NCBI GenBank assembly: GCA_963727525.1
Contig: CAVSGO010000003.1
Span: 352,001-416,000, forward strand
Direction: 5' to 3'
DNA length: 64,000 bases
Source: an uncultured bacterium
GTDB lineage: Bacteria; Krumholzibacteriota; Krumholzibacteriia; LZORAL124-64-63
Positions 1 through 11,100 of this stretch are shown piece by piece. Within the stretch, counting starts at the first letter, position 1, and each line of letters begins with the position of its first letter. Both the position numbers and the translations under genes were made by a program. The notes under the pieces were generated by a model. That model worked only from the letters and a program-made list of their open reading frames with translations, searched no databases and was not told where the DNA came from.

Positions 1-904
1 GCGCGAAGGCTTCGAGAAAAACGATGCCGAACGCATCGCGCTTCGACGGCATGCAGAAGACCGTGGCATTGCGGTAGTGCTCCGCCAATGCCGCCAGGGG
101 CAGCCGACCATGAACGGTGACCCCGGCCTGTGCGATCGCGGGGGAAACTCCGATGATCGAGAGTTCGGCATCCGGTACAGCACGGCGTACGCGCGCGAAC
201 GCGGAGACGAGTTCGGGGCCGCCTTTGAGTTCCCAGAGCGTGCCGACGAAGAGGATGCGCTTCGCAGCATAGCTTTCCAGCGAGCGCGGCGGCAGGGCGG
301 CCTCCGCGGTGCCATCTATCGCATGACAGCCGACACCGACCTGCGCGATGCGGTCGCGTGCAACGGCGTAGTCGTCGACGAGCGAGCGTGTCACGTGGCT
401 GCTCATGGTGAAGATGGTGCTGGCGTGGTGGTAGATCTCCGGTTCGCGGCGCATCCATGCTTGCGAATAGAACTCGCGGGTGGCATCGGTGTCTGGATAC
501 TGCAGATTCGTCAGAAGCGCGTGGTCTGTATAGACGAAATGGGGGACACCCGGCATGCTCCCGTCGAAGAGCGACTGTGTCTGGAAGGTGCACGCGTAGC
601 GCGAGAGATCGCCGAGTTCCTGCCTGACGACACGCTGAACGAGGTCGATCATGTAGGACGTGCGCCAGCGAAACGTCCGCAGGGGCCGCGCGCCCGTGAG
701 CAGCCCCGGCCCGTATTCGCCGGCGGCGGCGGCGTGGGCCAGAAGATAGCTCCACCGGCGGGCCTTGACGATCTCAGCGACGTCGATGACATCGATCGCA
801 TATTCCGGAAACTGCGTCCGGATCTCCGCCAGCACGGCGGCGTTCGTATGGGAGAACGATCCGAACTTGATGAATGCGATCCTGTTGCGAACGCGACATT
901 GCAA
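1..904 (-). CDS. Glycosyltransferase family 4 (GT-B), 3' end runs off the window; start approximate (TTG)
   Basis: Not in the ORF track. Manual minus-strand translation: RILFVGTLWELKGGPELVSAF...HGRLPLAALAEHYRNATVFCMPSKRDAFGIVFLEAFA, the GT4 C-terminal motif. Confidence 0.85.
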   Translation of the reverse strand, partial: MQCRVRNRIAFIKFGSFSHTNAAVLAEIRTQFPEYAIDVIDVAEIVKARRWSYLLAHAAAAGEYGPGLLTGARPLRTFRWRTSYMIDLVQRVVRQELGDLSRYACTFQTQSLFDGSMPGVPHFVYTDHALLTNLQYPDTDATREFYSQAWMRREPEIYHHASTIFTMSSHVTRSLVDDYAVARDRIAQVGVGCHAIDGTAEAALPPRSLESYAAKRILFVGTLWELKGGPELVSAFARVRRAVPDAELSIIGVSPAIAQAGVTVHGRLPLAALAEHYRNATVFCMPSKRDAFGIVFLEAFA

Positions 905-1200
905 CCTGCACCACCCGTCTCGTGCCTCGAAGAATGTTGATCGTCGCGGGCCGCTTCGTGGGCGGGGCAACAGGCCACCCAGGCGAACCTACCGTGCCAA
1001 AATTAGGCATAAAAAGGTAAAATACTGTGAGTTTTTCCCCGGCATCCAGGGCGCACCGGGACAGAACTACCGCCGTCAACAATCTTCGAGGCACAACCGA
1101 ACCGACCGATCATGGTAAACGACGGCGGGGGCCAAGGAAAGCCAGAAATCCCTTAATTGACGCCAGGTCGTAAAAATATCACGATCAGCATGTCTGCGGG

Positions 1201-1229
1201 TTGACACCGGGTGGGGACAAGGGTACCAT
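1201..1229 (+). promoter_or_regulatory. Sigma70-type promoter for the EPS export operon
   Basis: TTGACA (1201-1206), 17-nt spacer, TACCAT (1224-1229). Confidence 0.55.
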
Positions 1230-1486
1230 GAATGGCCCCATCGCGACCATCGTGATGGCGCTAGGCTGCACCCCGGATCGGGGCCGGGACCGCACTTGCC
1301 TCTATTAGGAGCCTTGCCGCGACAAATTGCTAACGTGTATACGCTTTCAAGCGATACAGGGCGAGTACCGGCCGCGGAATGGAAACCACCGCATCCGTCA
1401 CGCGTCCTTGTGCTGGCGTAGCGCGACGTTGTCGTGACCACGGAGACAGGCTGGGTTTCCCGGGGCAGATGTGAGGCGACATCCAA

Positions 1487-2203
1487 ATGAGTGACATCCT
1501 GCAGGCGCTCAAACGTGGGGGTGGCTGGGGAACGGACCTTTCGGTTCGCTTCGGCACCCTGGGCGTGGTCGAGATCCGTCCGCTTCCTCCCCCGCCGATC
1601 CAGACCGAGTTTGCCAGGCTGGCCAACGCGCTCCTTTCCAGGGCTGACGAGAAGGGTGGGCTCGTTCTTGTGTTTGCAGGTACCGAGCCCGACGAGGGGG
1701 CGACGTACGTGTCGTTCAACGTCGCGCGTCATCTAGCCGCCATGCTCGATCGCAGGGTTGCTTGGGTCGACGGTGACTTCGACAAACCGGAGCCGTTGCT
1801 CCGGGAACATGGGCTTGGTCTGCGCGAGATGCTGATCGATCCGCTCGCTATCGAGACCGTGGCCAGCGATGCCGGCAATCTCGTCCTCGTGCCTAATGGT
1901 TCAGCGAACATCAAGACGGCCGATCTCCTGAAGAGTCCGGTGTACGACCAGGTCCTGGCCGAGTTCCGCAGGAACTTTTTCGTGACCATCATCGACGCTC
2001 CGGCGATTCTCGGCGGCGTCCATGCCGTCAACCTGGCGGAACCGACAGATGGCGTCGTCGTCGTCGTGCAGAGCGGCCGGCTGAAGCACGAGGTCGTCGG
2101 CCATGGGTTGAAGCTGCTCGCCGACCAGGGCGTCAAGGTCGTTGGCACCGTACTGAATCGCCGGACGTTCGCGATTCCGGACGCGGTCTACAAGAAGTTG
2201 TGA
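1487..2203 (+). CDS. CpsD/CapB-family (BY-kinase-like) protein with degenerate Walker A
   Basis: FAGTEPDEGATYVS (P-loop, K replaced by A), WVDGD (A'), IIDAP (B), DGVVVVV...VVGTVLN; next to a copolymerase gene. Confidence 0.85.
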   Translation: MSDILQALKRGGGWGTDLSVRFGTLGVVEIRPLPPPPIQTEFARLANALLSRADEKGGLVLVFAGTEPDEGATYVSFNVARHLAAMLDRRVAWVDGDFDKPEPLLREHGLGLREMLIDPLAIETVASDAGNLVLVPNGSANIKTADLLKSPVYDQVLAEFRRNFFVTIIDAPAILGGVHAVNLAEPTDGVVVVVQSGRLKHEVVGHGLKLLADQGVKVVGTVLNRRTFAIPDAVYKKL

Positions 2204-2204
2204 G

Positions 2205-3644
2205 GTGACCGGAATGATCGATCTTCACCCACAGAGTGCGCAGCCACCTGCGGTTCAGGCGAAGCCAGGCATCGACATGAAGGATTTGCTGGCCGTGGTC
2301 TTTCGCCGCCGCTGGGTAATTCTTGCCGTGGCGTTGCCGATCATGGTGATGGCCTTCATCGCGACGCTGCGTTCGGCCGACGTCGTCACCGCGGGGGCGC
2401 GGGTACTCATCGAGGCGTCGAACAGCGACCAGTTGCAGTATACCATCGCAAGAGACGACTTCAACGAGGTCCTGGCCACGGCTGCCCAGGTCTGCATGAG
2501 CCTTCCGGTCGCCGAGAAGGCGGCCACCGCGCTCCAGGATTCCATACCCCACCTGGCCGGCACGAATGCCGACTACGTGTCGAAACTCAGTCATGTAGAT
2601 CTGCGCGATCTCATCGTCAACAACCTGGACTGTGGGCAGGTCGGCGAATCCCGGATCCTACGGATCATGTTCTCGGACCCGAGTGCGCGCTTCGCGTTGA
2701 TGGCCGATCGGGCCGTGACCGATGCGTTCATCGAGTACAATATCGAGAGTCAGCGCAACATCCCGGCGATCAGCTACTTCGATGAGCAGATTGCCGCCGT
2801 CCAGTCCGAGGTCGATTCGCTGATGACCGAGCGCGCCGGCATACTGAACGCCTCGGGGTACTCGACCTATCGCACCTCGGCGCAGAGCGACCAGAGCAGC
2901 ACGGGGAACCTGGAGCTCGACTATCAGCGAGCAAGATCCAAGAGAATGGCGCTCGAGTCCACGGCGCAGCAGGTATCCGCGGCGATGGTCGCGAATCCGG
3001 AATTCATTCCGGTCTCCGATGGGCAGCGGAGCGCCGTCCTGATGGACCTCAAGTTGAAACTCGAGGATGCGCGCATGACCATGGCGACCCTGCGTACGAA
3101 GTATCAGGACGATGCGATGATCGTCGTGCGCCAGCGCCAGCTGATCAGTGATGCGCGGCAACAGCTTATCACCGAGGAAGCGAATTACCTGAAGGGCCTG
3201 CAGATCGATCTCGCCCAGGCGCGCGAAGCGGAGCGAACTTACGAGGAGATCGTGAGGAAGCGCCAGACGTCGCTCGAGAGTTTCCCCGATGTCGAGCGGC
3301 GTGTCGACTCCATCAACATCCAGATCGACACGAAACGCGACCTCCTCAAGAGCTTGCAGGTGCGACGGGGTGAGGTGCGCGTGCGGGCCGATACGGATAT
3401 CCGGATCAGCAACATCATTCCGCTGGATATGCCGACGATCGATACCGCAGTGGGCAGCGGCAGGAAGCTCCTCTATCTCGGACTGGCTTCGATATTCGCC
3501 ATCGTCCTGGGATTCATGACGGCGTACTTCGTCGAGTCGCAGGACCACCGCATCTACAGCGGCCGGCAGGTTGAGCAGTACCTCGAGGTCCCGGTCCTGG
3601 GAGCGATTTCGGATACCGTGGCCTACGACCGACGTGGGCGATGA
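2205..3644 (+). CDS. Polysaccharide copolymerase / chain-length determinant (Wzz/GumC/Wzc N-terminal type)
   Basis: IDMKDLLAVVFRRRWVI + TM, long coiled coil, second TM, C-terminal VEQYLEVPVLGAI. Confidence 0.85.
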   Translation: MTGMIDLHPQSAQPPAVQAKPGIDMKDLLAVVFRRRWVILAVALPIMVMAFIATLRSADVVTAGARVLIEASNSDQLQYTIARDDFNEVLATAAQVCMSLPVAEKAATALQDSIPHLAGTNADYVSKLSHVDLRDLIVNNLDCGQVGESRILRIMFSDPSARFALMADRAVTDAFIEYNIESQRNIPAISYFDEQIAAVQSEVDSLMTERAGILNASGYSTYRTSAQSDQSSTGNLELDYQRARSKRMALESTAQQVSAAMVANPEFIPVSDGQRSAVLMDLKLKLEDARMTMATLRTKYQDDAMIVVRQRQLISDARQQLITEEANYLKGLQIDLAQAREAERTYEEIVRKRQTSLESFPDVERRVDSINIQIDTKRDLLKSLQVRRGEVRVRADTDIRISNIIPLDMPTIDTAVGSGRKLLYLGLASIFAIVLGFMTAYFVESQDHRIYSGRQVEQYLEVPVLGAISDTVAYDRRGR

Positions 3645-5134
3645 ATCGCCTGGCCGAAACCGTACGCAACCTGGGAATCGAGCGGCTGTTCACCGGCGGT
3701 GTCGCTGCGCCGGCCATGATCTTCGTGTATCTCGCGGTGTCCACGGTTGGCGGCTATTTCCTGACCATGGTTCTCGGCATGAAGATCACGGTCGTGGCGC
3801 TCGTCGGTGCGGTGTTCGTGGGCCTGCTGGTTCTGCTCTCGATGCGCGATCTCTCCCTGGCTCTGGTCATCTGGCTCATTTCGATGGGCTCCTTTCGGAG
3901 TATCGGCATGGTGGCCATGCCCGGTCTGCCGGATTTTTCCATCGATCGCATCATGCTGGTCTGGATCGTCCTGGTCTTGCTGGCCCGGGTACTTTTCGGC
4001 CAGCTGGAGTTCCACAAGCCATACGGGGCCGACCTGCTTGTCATCGGCCATGTCGTTTACATCTGGGCGCAGATGCAGACCCACAGTGATTTCAGTCACT
4101 TTCACCAGTGGGTACTGAGTTCGCTTTCACCGGCCGCGGCGTTCTTCTATGGCAAGTACGTGGTCAGGGACGAGAGATACATCCGGAATATCCTGCTGTT
4201 CCTCTTTGCGACCACCGTGTACTACTACGTCACCGCCATTGCCGAGCACTTCAGTATCAACGCCCTCGTCTGGCCGAAGAATATCCTGGATCCCAACGTC
4301 GGCTTCTGGGCGAAAGGGCGGTCGCGCGGTCCGGTTCTGCACCCGCCGCTGTTCGGCCAGATCCTGTCGATGATGTTGCTGGTGCATTTCTACTTCCTGC
4401 TGAAGATCCGCCGGTGGCCGTTGAAGATCGCCATGGGTATCTCGCTGTTGCTTGCGCTGCTCGGCGTGTTCTTCGCCTACACCCGAGGGCCCTGGGTGGC
4501 CCTCGGAGTCGCGATCGTTGTCCTGGCCGTGGCGCGTCCGGGGTACCGGCGTATCGTCGGCGCCATCGGGGTGATCGTCGTCATCGCCGGCATCTTCGGA
4601 CTGCTGAAACTCGCCAACTCCGACTTCTTGCAGGAACGCCTCGGTTCGGAGAATACCGTCGAGAATCGCCTGGGGTTCATGGCTAACGCCTGGCGCATGG
4701 TGCGCGACCATCCCATCTTCGGTATCGGCTACTTCCGCTTCCTCAGAGAGGTCTCGCTGTACAACCAGTCGACGTATATCCCATTCTACGGTCTGGTCCG
4801 GAAGGGCCTTGGCGCGCATGTCGCGATTCACGATATCTTCCTCGGGCCGACGGCCGAGGTTGGCATCGTCGGAACGACGTTCATGTTCTGGTTCTACTAT
4901 CTCATTCTGCGTTCCTTTCGTTCTCTCTGGCGCCGCGCGCCGCAGGGCCGTTGGTTCAATCGAGATCTGCTGGCACTCTTCTTCGGGATCACGGTGTGCT
5001 ACTTCGTGGGCGGCATGGCCATCGACTACCGCTACTTCGACTTCATCAATGTCCTCTTCTATCTCATCGCCGGCATTGTCTATGGCGTGGACGGTCGTAT
5101 GAATCGCGTGGCGACCGTGCGCGCCGTGACTTGA
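3641..5134 (+). CDS. O-antigen ligase / Wzy polymerase family membrane protein
   Basis: Many TM segments; [36 protein letters not shown] (Wzy_C-like). Confidence 0.8.
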   Translation: MNRLAETVRNLGIERLFTGGVAAPAMIFVYLAVSTVGGYFLTMVLGMKITVVALVGAVFVGLLVLLSMRDLSLALVIWLISMGSFRSIGMVAMPGLPDFSIDRIMLVWIVLVLLARVLFGQLEFHKPYGADLLVIGHVVYIWAQMQTHSDFSHFHQWVLSSLSPAAAFFYGKYVVRDERYIRNILLFLFATTVYYYVTAIAEHFSINALVWPKNILDPNVGFWAKGRSRGPVLHPPLFGQILSMMLLVHFYFLLKIRRWPLKIAMGISLLLALLGVFFAYTRGPWVALGVAIVVLAVARPGYRRIVGAIGVIVVIAGIFGLLKLANSDFLQERLGSENTVENRLGFMANAWRMVRDHPIFGIGYFRFLREVSLYNQSTYIPFYGLVRKGLGAHVAIHDIFLGPTAEVGIVGTTFMFWFYYLILRSFRSLWRRAPQGRWFNRDLLALFFGITVCYFVGGMAIDYRYFDFINVLFYLIAGIVYGVDGRMNRVATVRAVT

Positions 5135-5167
5135 TCCCGTCTTGTCAGGGCGATCACGCTCTCCTGC

Positions 5168-5205
5168 TTGCCGCCAACGGGTGATAGTGTGTATAATACA
5201 CTATC
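5168..5205 (+). promoter_or_regulatory. pncB promoter overlapped by an NrtR-type operator GATAGTGT-N7-ACACTATC
   Basis: Perfect 8-bp inverted repeat at 5183-5205 with a GT-N7-AC core enclosing TATAAT (5192-5197); TTGCCG at 5168; nrtR lies in the same operon. Confidence 0.85.
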
Positions 5206-5219
5206 GTGGAGGAGTCCCC

Positions 5220-6707
5220 ATGTCCCTCGAACCAGCGTTCCACGATCACTCCCTCGGCCTGCTGACCGACCTGTACCAGCTCACCATGGCCCACGGGTAC
5301 TGGAAGCTCGGCAAGGCGCGGGACGAGGCCGTCTTCCACCTCTTCTTCCGCAAACCGCCATTCGGCGGCGGGTATACGGTGGCCGCGGGGCTCGAAGATG
5401 TCCTGGGTTACCTCGAGCATCTGCGATTCGACGCGGGAGACCTGGCGTACCTAGGCGGCCTCGAAGGCAACGACGGGAAGCCGCTCTTCGCCCCGGAGTT
5501 TCTCGATCACCTGCGCGAGCTGGCGTTCACGCTCGACGTGGATGCGGTGCCCGAGGGCACGGTCGTGTTCCCTCAGCAGCCCCTCGTGCGCGTGCAGGGC
5601 TCGGTCCTGCAGTGCCAGCTCGTGGAGACGGCGCTGCTGAACCTCGTCAACTTCCCGACACTCATCGCCACGAAGGCGGCGCGGATCTGCGCAGCAGCAC
5701 ACGGCGCGCCGGTCCTGGAGTTCGGCCTGCGCCGGGCCCAGGGCATCGACGGCGCGCTCACGGCGAGTCGTGCCGCATACATCGGCGGCTGCGCGGCCAC
5801 GTCAAACGTCCAGGCCGGCAAGCGCTTCGGCATCCCTGTCGCGGGCACCCATGCGCATAGCTGGGTGATGGCGTTCGACGACGAGGACCAGGCCTTCGCG
5901 GCCTACGCCGAGGCCATGCCCAACAACTGCGTATTCCTGGTCGACACCTACGACACCATCGAGGGCGTTCGCCGTGCCGTCGCTGCCGGCAAGCGGCTGC
6001 GCGAGCGTGGGCACGAGATGATCGGGATCCGTCTGGATTCGGGCGACCTGGCCTATCTGAGCCAGGAGGCGCGTCGCATCCTCGACGAGGAGGGCTTCCC
6101 CGACGCCCGGGTGCTCGCCAGCAACGACCTCGACGAATTCATCATCACCAGCCTGAGGGACCAGGGCGCGAAGATCGGATCGTGGGGCGTGGGCACGCGC
6201 CTGGTGACGGGCCATGGCGACCCGGCCCTGGGAGGCGTCTACAAGCTCGCGGCACTGCGCAAGCCCTGCGGCGAGTGGGAGCCGCGGATCAAGCTCTCGG
6301 AGCAGGCCATCAAGATCACCACGCCAGGCATTCTCCAGGTTCGCCGCTTTCGCGATGCGCGCGGATTCGTGGCCGACATGGTGTACGACACGCTGGACGG
6401 GGCGCACGGGGAGCGCGTCATCGTCGATCCTGCCGATCCCACGCGGATGAGGCGGGTCCCCGGGGACGCCGAGAGCGAGGAATTGCTGGTGCCGATGATG
6501 CGTGGCGGGCGCCTGGTGTACGAGCGGCCCGGGCTAGACGCCATCCGCGCTCGGGTGCAGGCGCAGCTCGCCTCGCTGTCGCCCGGGGTGCGTCGACTGC
6601 TGAATCCCCACCAGTATCCGGCCGGCATCGCCCGCCGTCTGCACGAGCGCAAGATGCAGCTCGTCGTGGCTGCGCGCGGACTGGACAACGGAAAAGCGGC
6701 CATCTGA
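5220..6707 (+). CDS. pncB: Nicotinate phosphoribosyltransferase
   Basis: [59 protein letters not shown] before ATG 5220. Confidence 0.97.
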   Translation: MSLEPAFHDHSLGLLTDLYQLTMAHGYWKLGKARDEAVFHLFFRKPPFGGGYTVAAGLEDVLGYLEHLRFDAGDLAYLGGLEGNDGKPLFAPEFLDHLRELAFTLDVDAVPEGTVVFPQQPLVRVQGSVLQCQLVETALLNLVNFPTLIATKAARICAAAHGAPVLEFGLRRAQGIDGALTASRAAYIGGCAATSNVQAGKRFGIPVAGTHAHSWVMAFDDEDQAFAAYAEAMPNNCVFLVDTYDTIEGVRRAVAAGKRLRERGHEMIGIRLDSGDLAYLSQEARRILDEEGFPDARVLASNDLDEFIITSLRDQGAKIGSWGVGTRLVTGHGDPALGGVYKLAALRKPCGEWEPRIKLSEQAIKITTPGILQVRRFRDARGFVADMVYDTLDGAHGERVIVDPADPTRMRRVPGDAESEELLVPMMRGGRLVYERPGLDAIRARVQAQLASLSPGVRRLLNPHQYPAGIARRLHERKMQLVVAARGLDNGKAAI

Positions 6708-6721
6708 GGCAGGGAGTCACG

Positions 6722-7411
6722 ATGCCGTATACCTACGAGTATCCCCGCCCGGCCCTGACCGTGGACTGCGCCGTGTTCGGCCTCGACGAGGACCACCTGA
6801 AGGTGCTGCTGATCCAGCGCGACCTCGCGCCGTTCGCCGGCCGGTGGGCGTTGCCCGGCGGCTTCGTGCGGATGGACGAGACCACCGATGAGGCCGCGCG
6901 CCGCGAGTTGTGCGAGGAGACGGCGCTCGCGGACATCTACCTCGAACAGCTCTACACCTTCGGCGACGTGGAGCGCGATCCGCGCGGCCGGGTGGTGAGC
7001 GTGTCCTACTATGCGCTCGTGAATCTGCACGACCACCCGGTCCACGCCGACACCGACGCGCGGCGGGCCGCCTGGTTCTCCGTGGGCGCCACGCCGCGGC
7101 TGGCGTTCGACCACGCGACGATCCTGGACGCGGCCATCGCGCGGTTGCGCGGCAAGGTGCGTTACCAGCCGATCGGCTTCGAACTGCTGCCCACCCGGTT
7201 TCCCCTGCGCCAGCTCCAGACCCTGTACGAGCGGATCCTGGGTCGTCCTCTCGACAAGCGCAACTTCCGCCGGAAGATCCTCGGCATGGGCATCCTCGTG
7301 GAGTCGAACGAGCGAGAAAAGAACGTGCGCCACCGAGCGGCGCGCCTCTACCGTTTCGATCGCCGGAAGTACGACCGGCTGATGCGGGAGGGATTCAACT
7401 TCGAGATCTGA
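6722..7411 (+). CDS. nrtR: NrtR, Nudix-related transcriptional regulator (Nudix + winged HTH)
   Basis: [57 protein letters not shown]. Confidence 0.92.
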   Translation: MPYTYEYPRPALTVDCAVFGLDEDHLKVLLIQRDLAPFAGRWALPGGFVRMDETTDEAARRELCEETALADIYLEQLYTFGDVERDPRGRVVSVSYYALVNLHDHPVHADTDARRAAWFSVGATPRLAFDHATILDAAIARLRGKVRYQPIGFELLPTRFPLRQLQTLYERILGRPLDKRNFRRKILGMGILVESNEREKNVRHRAARLYRFDRRKYDRLMREGFNFEI

Positions 7412-7532
7412 GAGGAGGGCATGATCATGCGCGCCCTCGTGCCGGGCCGCGCATGAATCCCTGCTTGTGGCCAGGGTTCCATAGTGTAGGCTCTACCCGA
7501 TGCATAACTCCACTGGCGAGAGGACGACCGCG

Positions 7533-8105
7533 GTGCATCGTTCCGGTTACATACTTTGCCTCCTGCTCTTCCTCGGCCTGACGACCTCCGCCACCATGGC
7601 CGCCGAGGTCGGCGCCGACCTCGTACCCGCCCCGACGCCCGAGCCCGGCACGTTGAGATCCTCGGCCCGCATGGTCGCCTTCGGCATGCTCGGCGGCGGC
7701 CTGGGGTTCATGCTGGGTGCGGTCCTGGGTGCGAATTACGGCCAGGAAGAGGGGCGCGAGCTCTCCGGCCTCGACGACGCGTTCTACGTGGGTTCGACCC
7801 TCGGGGCCGTGGGCCTTGCCACCGGCGTCCACGCGGGTGACGATTCGCTGGGCGACTTCGGCTGGGTCGTCCTCACGACCGCAGGCATCGGCGCGGCCGG
7901 CATCGCCACGGCTTTCACCGCCGACGAGGTCGGCGTGCTCTGGCTCACGGTGGTGGCCCAGTGCGCCGGCGCCGTTATCGTGGAGCGCGCCACAGCGCAC
8001 GGAAACCTCCGCGTCCAGCAGGCCACCGTCGCGCCCACCTTCTCCGTGGCGCCGTTCGTTTCTCGCGAGCACAGGCCCGGTATGGTCGTGACGTGCCGCT
8101 TCTGA
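7533..8105 (+). CDS. Hypothetical exported/membrane protein, Gly-rich hydrophobic helices
   Basis: Signal peptide, GGGLGFMLGAVLG segments, C-terminal Phe; GAGAGGA before GTG 7533. Confidence 0.6.
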   Translation: MHRSGYILCLLLFLGLTTSATMAAEVGADLVPAPTPEPGTLRSSARMVAFGMLGGGLGFMLGAVLGANYGQEEGRELSGLDDAFYVGSTLGAVGLATGVHAGDDSLGDFGWVVLTTAGIGAAGIATAFTADEVGVLWLTVVAQCAGAVIVERATAHGNLRVQQATVAPTFSVAPFVSREHRPGMVVTCRF

Positions 8106-8719
8106 GTGAGACTCGCACCCGTATCGTCTCCTGGCGGATCGCGTTCGCGGTGCTGCTCGCCGGTGTGCTCGGCTACGCGTTCGTGGACCGTCCGCTCGCC
8201 GTCTGGTGCAGCGGTCTGCCCGCCACGAGCGACGACGTGCTCGAGGTGGTGACCTACCTGGGCAACTCCACCTGGTCGCTGATCGGCAGCGGCGTGGCGT
8301 TCATCGTGCTCGCGTGGATCGTGCGGCGGCCACGCTGGCGCAACGCGGCCGGTTTCGTGTTCGTGTCCGTGGCGGCGTCGGGCATCCTCGTGCTCGTGGT
8401 CAAGACGGTCTTCGCGCGGCTGCGGCCGGTGGCTTTCCTCGAGAAGGGGGACTACGGCTTCACGTTCTGGAAGTTCGGCTACCGCTGGGCGAGCTTCCCC
8501 TCGGGCCACGCCGATACGGCGTTCGCGCTGGCGCTGGCCCTGGCGCTCGTGTGGCCGCGGACGCGGCGCGTGGTGTTCGCGCTGGCGGTGCTCGTGGCGC
8601 TCACGCGGGTGGTCCTCGATCATCACTACCTGAGCGACGTGATCGTGGGCGGGTACCTCGGTCTGGTCACCACCGTGCTGCTTGCGCGGTGGTTCCATCG
8701 ACGCGGGTGGGACCATTGA
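8093..8719 (+). CDS. PAP2 family phosphatase
   Basis: KTVFARLRP, SFPSGH, TRVVLDHHYLSDV; start approximate. Confidence 0.9.
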   Translation: MPLLSETRTRIVSWRIAFAVLLAGVLGYAFVDRPLAVWCSGLPATSDDVLEVVTYLGNSTWSLIGSGVAFIVLAWIVRRPRWRNAAGFVFVSVAASGILVLVVKTVFARLRPVAFLEKGDYGFTFWKFGYRWASFPSGHADTAFALALALALVWPRTRRVVFALAVLVALTRVVLDHHYLSDVIVGGYLGLVTTVLLARWFHRRGWDH

Positions 8720-8753
8720 CCTGAGTCGCCCGAGCTTGCAGGGAGGACGCACG

Positions 8754-9521
8754 GTGCCGCCGCCGATCGTGATGATCCATGGCATGTGGTGCGGACCCTG
8801 GGTGTGGGATCGCTGGCGCGAGGACTTCGCGGCGCGAGGGTATACCGTCGAGGTGCCGGCGCTGCGCCATCATGACCACCCGGCCGCCGAGCCCGCCGAT
8901 CCGGGGCTCGGCACCACGAGCGTCCTCGACTACGCCGACGATCTCGCCAGCCTGATCACGGGATTGCCGGGGGCCCCGGTCGTGATTGCCCACTCGCTCG
9001 GCGGCCTGCTCGCGCAGATGCTGGCCGCACGCGGGCTCGTCCGGGCGGCGGTGCTCCTCATGCCGGCTGCGCCCGCGGGCATCTCGTCACTGCGGCCGTC
9101 AGTGCTCCGGGCTTTCGCCAGCGTGTACCGCACGCCCTTCTTCTGGCGCCGTGCGGTGCGGCCCACGCTCGCAGAGGCTGCCTACGCGATCCTGAACGCG
9201 CTGCCGCCGGCCGAGCAGCGCGCGACGTGGATGCGATTCGTCCCCGAGTCCGGCCGCGTGATCGCCGAGATCGGTCTATGGCCGCTGGACCGAGGGAGAG
9301 CGGCCGCCGTGGAGGCCATGGAAGTGCGCTGCCCCGTGCTCGTCGTCGCCGGCGGGCGGGACCGCATCACTCCGGCGGCGATCGTCCGACAAGTGGCGCG
9401 GCGCTACGGGACGGACGCGAGCTTTCACGAATTTCCGGAGCAGGCCCACTGGATCGCCGGCACCGTCGCCTGGCAGCCGATCGCCGACCTCGTGGCCCGC
9501 TGGGTCGACGATCTGGTCTGA
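8754..9521 (+). CDS. Alpha/beta hydrolase
   Basis: MIHGMW, AHSLGG nucleophile, GGRDRIT, C-terminal His (QAHW); GGGAGGA RBS before GTG. Confidence 0.88.
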   Translation: MPPPIVMIHGMWCGPWVWDRWREDFAARGYTVEVPALRHHDHPAAEPADPGLGTTSVLDYADDLASLITGLPGAPVVIAHSLGGLLAQMLAARGLVRAAVLLMPAAPAGISSLRPSVLRAFASVYRTPFFWRRAVRPTLAEAAYAILNALPPAEQRATWMRFVPESGRVIAEIGLWPLDRGRAAAVEAMEVRCPVLVVAGGRDRITPAAIVRQVARRYGTDASFHEFPEQAHWIAGTVAWQPIADLVARWVDDLV

Positions 9522-9525
9522 GCAC

Positions 9526-11100
9526 TCAGTCCGGCAATGTCACCAGCACGATGCCGCCGCGCTGGAACAGGACCCTGGCGCCGGGGAGCTTGGCCAGGTT
9601 GCCGGTCTTCGTGATACACGCCTCGCCGGGTTCCGGGCGCCGATCGGGCGTGGCCTGCCGGCGGTACACGGCAATGCTCGGATGATCGAGGCCCCACATC
9701 ACGACCGGCACGTCCAGGTCGCGCGAGAGCCTGGCGGCCGCTTTCACCGGGCCCTGCATGAGTGCGCCCGCCGCCGGCACCACCACCTCGGCGAGCAGGA
9801 TCGCGAGCGTGATGCCGGCCATCTGGATCGCGCGCCAGGGGCGCAGGCTACCGGTCCCGGCCAGGGCAACGAGCACGGTCAGTGCCATGGCGCAGGCCGC
9901 CACGTAGCCGGGGTCCAGCACCGCCGCCGCGCCGGCGAGCATGGCCGTGGCCTGTGGGTCGTGCAGGCGCGCGCGTACCATCGGTACGATCCACGGCAAT
10001 GCGCCCACCAGCAACAGGAGCGCGAACGCCGGCAGCAGCGCGAGGAATCGCGAGCGCAGATCATCGCGATACCGAGCCATGAGCACGAACAGGGGCGTGA
10101 TGCCCAGGTAGACATAGTGCGGCAGCTTGGTGCTGGCGACCGTGAAGAAGACGAGGACGAAGGCCATCCACAGCCAGCAGAAACGATCGAGCGGGTCGCG
10201 CCGCCAGGCGCGTGCGCGGGGGAGCATACGCAGCAGCAGCGCCGTGCCCGGGAGCACCGCCAGCGGGAAGACCACGAAGTAATACAGGAACGAGCCCCGG
10301 TGCCCTTCCATCGGAGCTGCGAAACGTTCGACGTTGTGTTTCAGGAAGAACCCCCGCAGGAAGGCGTCGCCCTCGGCCCGGTACTGGGCGATGTACCACG
10401 GCAACGCCACCGCGAGGAAGACGGCGATACCCAGGGGGAAGAACACCAGGCGCAACCAGTCGCGCCAGCGGCCGAGGCTGCCCAGGTAGAGCGTGCTCAC
10501 CGCACCCGGAATGAGGACCGCGACGGGGCCCTTCGTCAGCACGCCGAGGGCCATCCACAGGAAGAAGCGCACGTGCGTGGCGCGGGTCGGCGCCTCGCAC
10601 CAGCGGAAGAGGTCGAAGAGTGCCAGCGCGAGGAGGCAGTTGAGCAGGGCGTCGGCGATGGCAGCGCGGCCGATCATCATGATGCCCAGCGCCGTCGCCA
10701 TGAACGTGCCCGCGGCCAGCGCCGTATCGCGCCCGAGGCGCGGCGAGAGGAAGCGTACCAGCGCGATCACCCAGAGCGCCGCGAAGATCGCCGACGGCAG
10801 GCGGAAGGCAACCTCACGTGGGCCGAGCACGGCGACGAACGCGGCCTGGCACCAGTAGATCAGGATGGGCTTGTCGTAGCGGGGCTTGCCGTTGAGGTAC
10901 GTGGACACGAAATCGCCGCGGTCGAACATCTCCCGGGTGGCCTCGCTGAACGCGCCCTCATCGCGGTCGAAGAGGGGTGCGCCGCCGAGGTTGAGAAAGA
11001 ACCCGCAGGCGATCGCCAGGATCAGCAGCCAGAGGGGATCACGTAGTGCCGGTAGCCGGCGGCTGGTGCCAGGCAGCGTCCGGGTCGTCGAGTCGGCCAT
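9526..11100 (-). CDS. ArnT/PMT-like glycosyltransferase (GT-C, family 39/83)
   Basis: LFDRDEGAFSEATREM, YDKPILIYW, RLPSA, LTKGP, TKLPHY. Confidence 0.9.
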   Translation of the reverse strand: MADSTTRTLPGTSRRLPALRDPLWLLILAIACGFFLNLGGAPLFDRDEGAFSEATREMFDRGDFVSTYLNGKPRYDKPILIYWCQAAFVAVLGPREVAFRLPSAIFAALWVIALVRFLSPRLGRDTALAAGTFMATALGIMMIGRAAIADALLNCLLALALFDLFRWCEAPTRATHVRFFLWMALGVLTKGPVAVLIPGAVSTLYLGSLGRWRDWLRLVFFPLGIAVFLAVALPWYIAQYRAEGDAFLRGFFLKHNVERFAAPMEGHRGSFLYYFVVFPLAVLPGTALLLRMLPRARAWRRDPLDRFCWLWMAFVLVFFTVASTKLPHYVYLGITPLFVLMARYRDDLRSRFLALLPAFALLLLVGALPWIVPMVRARLHDPQATAMLAGAAAVLDPGYVAACAMALTVLVALAGTGSLRPWRAIQMAGITLAILLAEVVVPAAGALMQGPVKAAARLSRDLDVPVVMWGLDHPSIAVYRRQATPDRRPEPGEACITKTGNLAKLPGARVLFQRGGIVLVTLPD

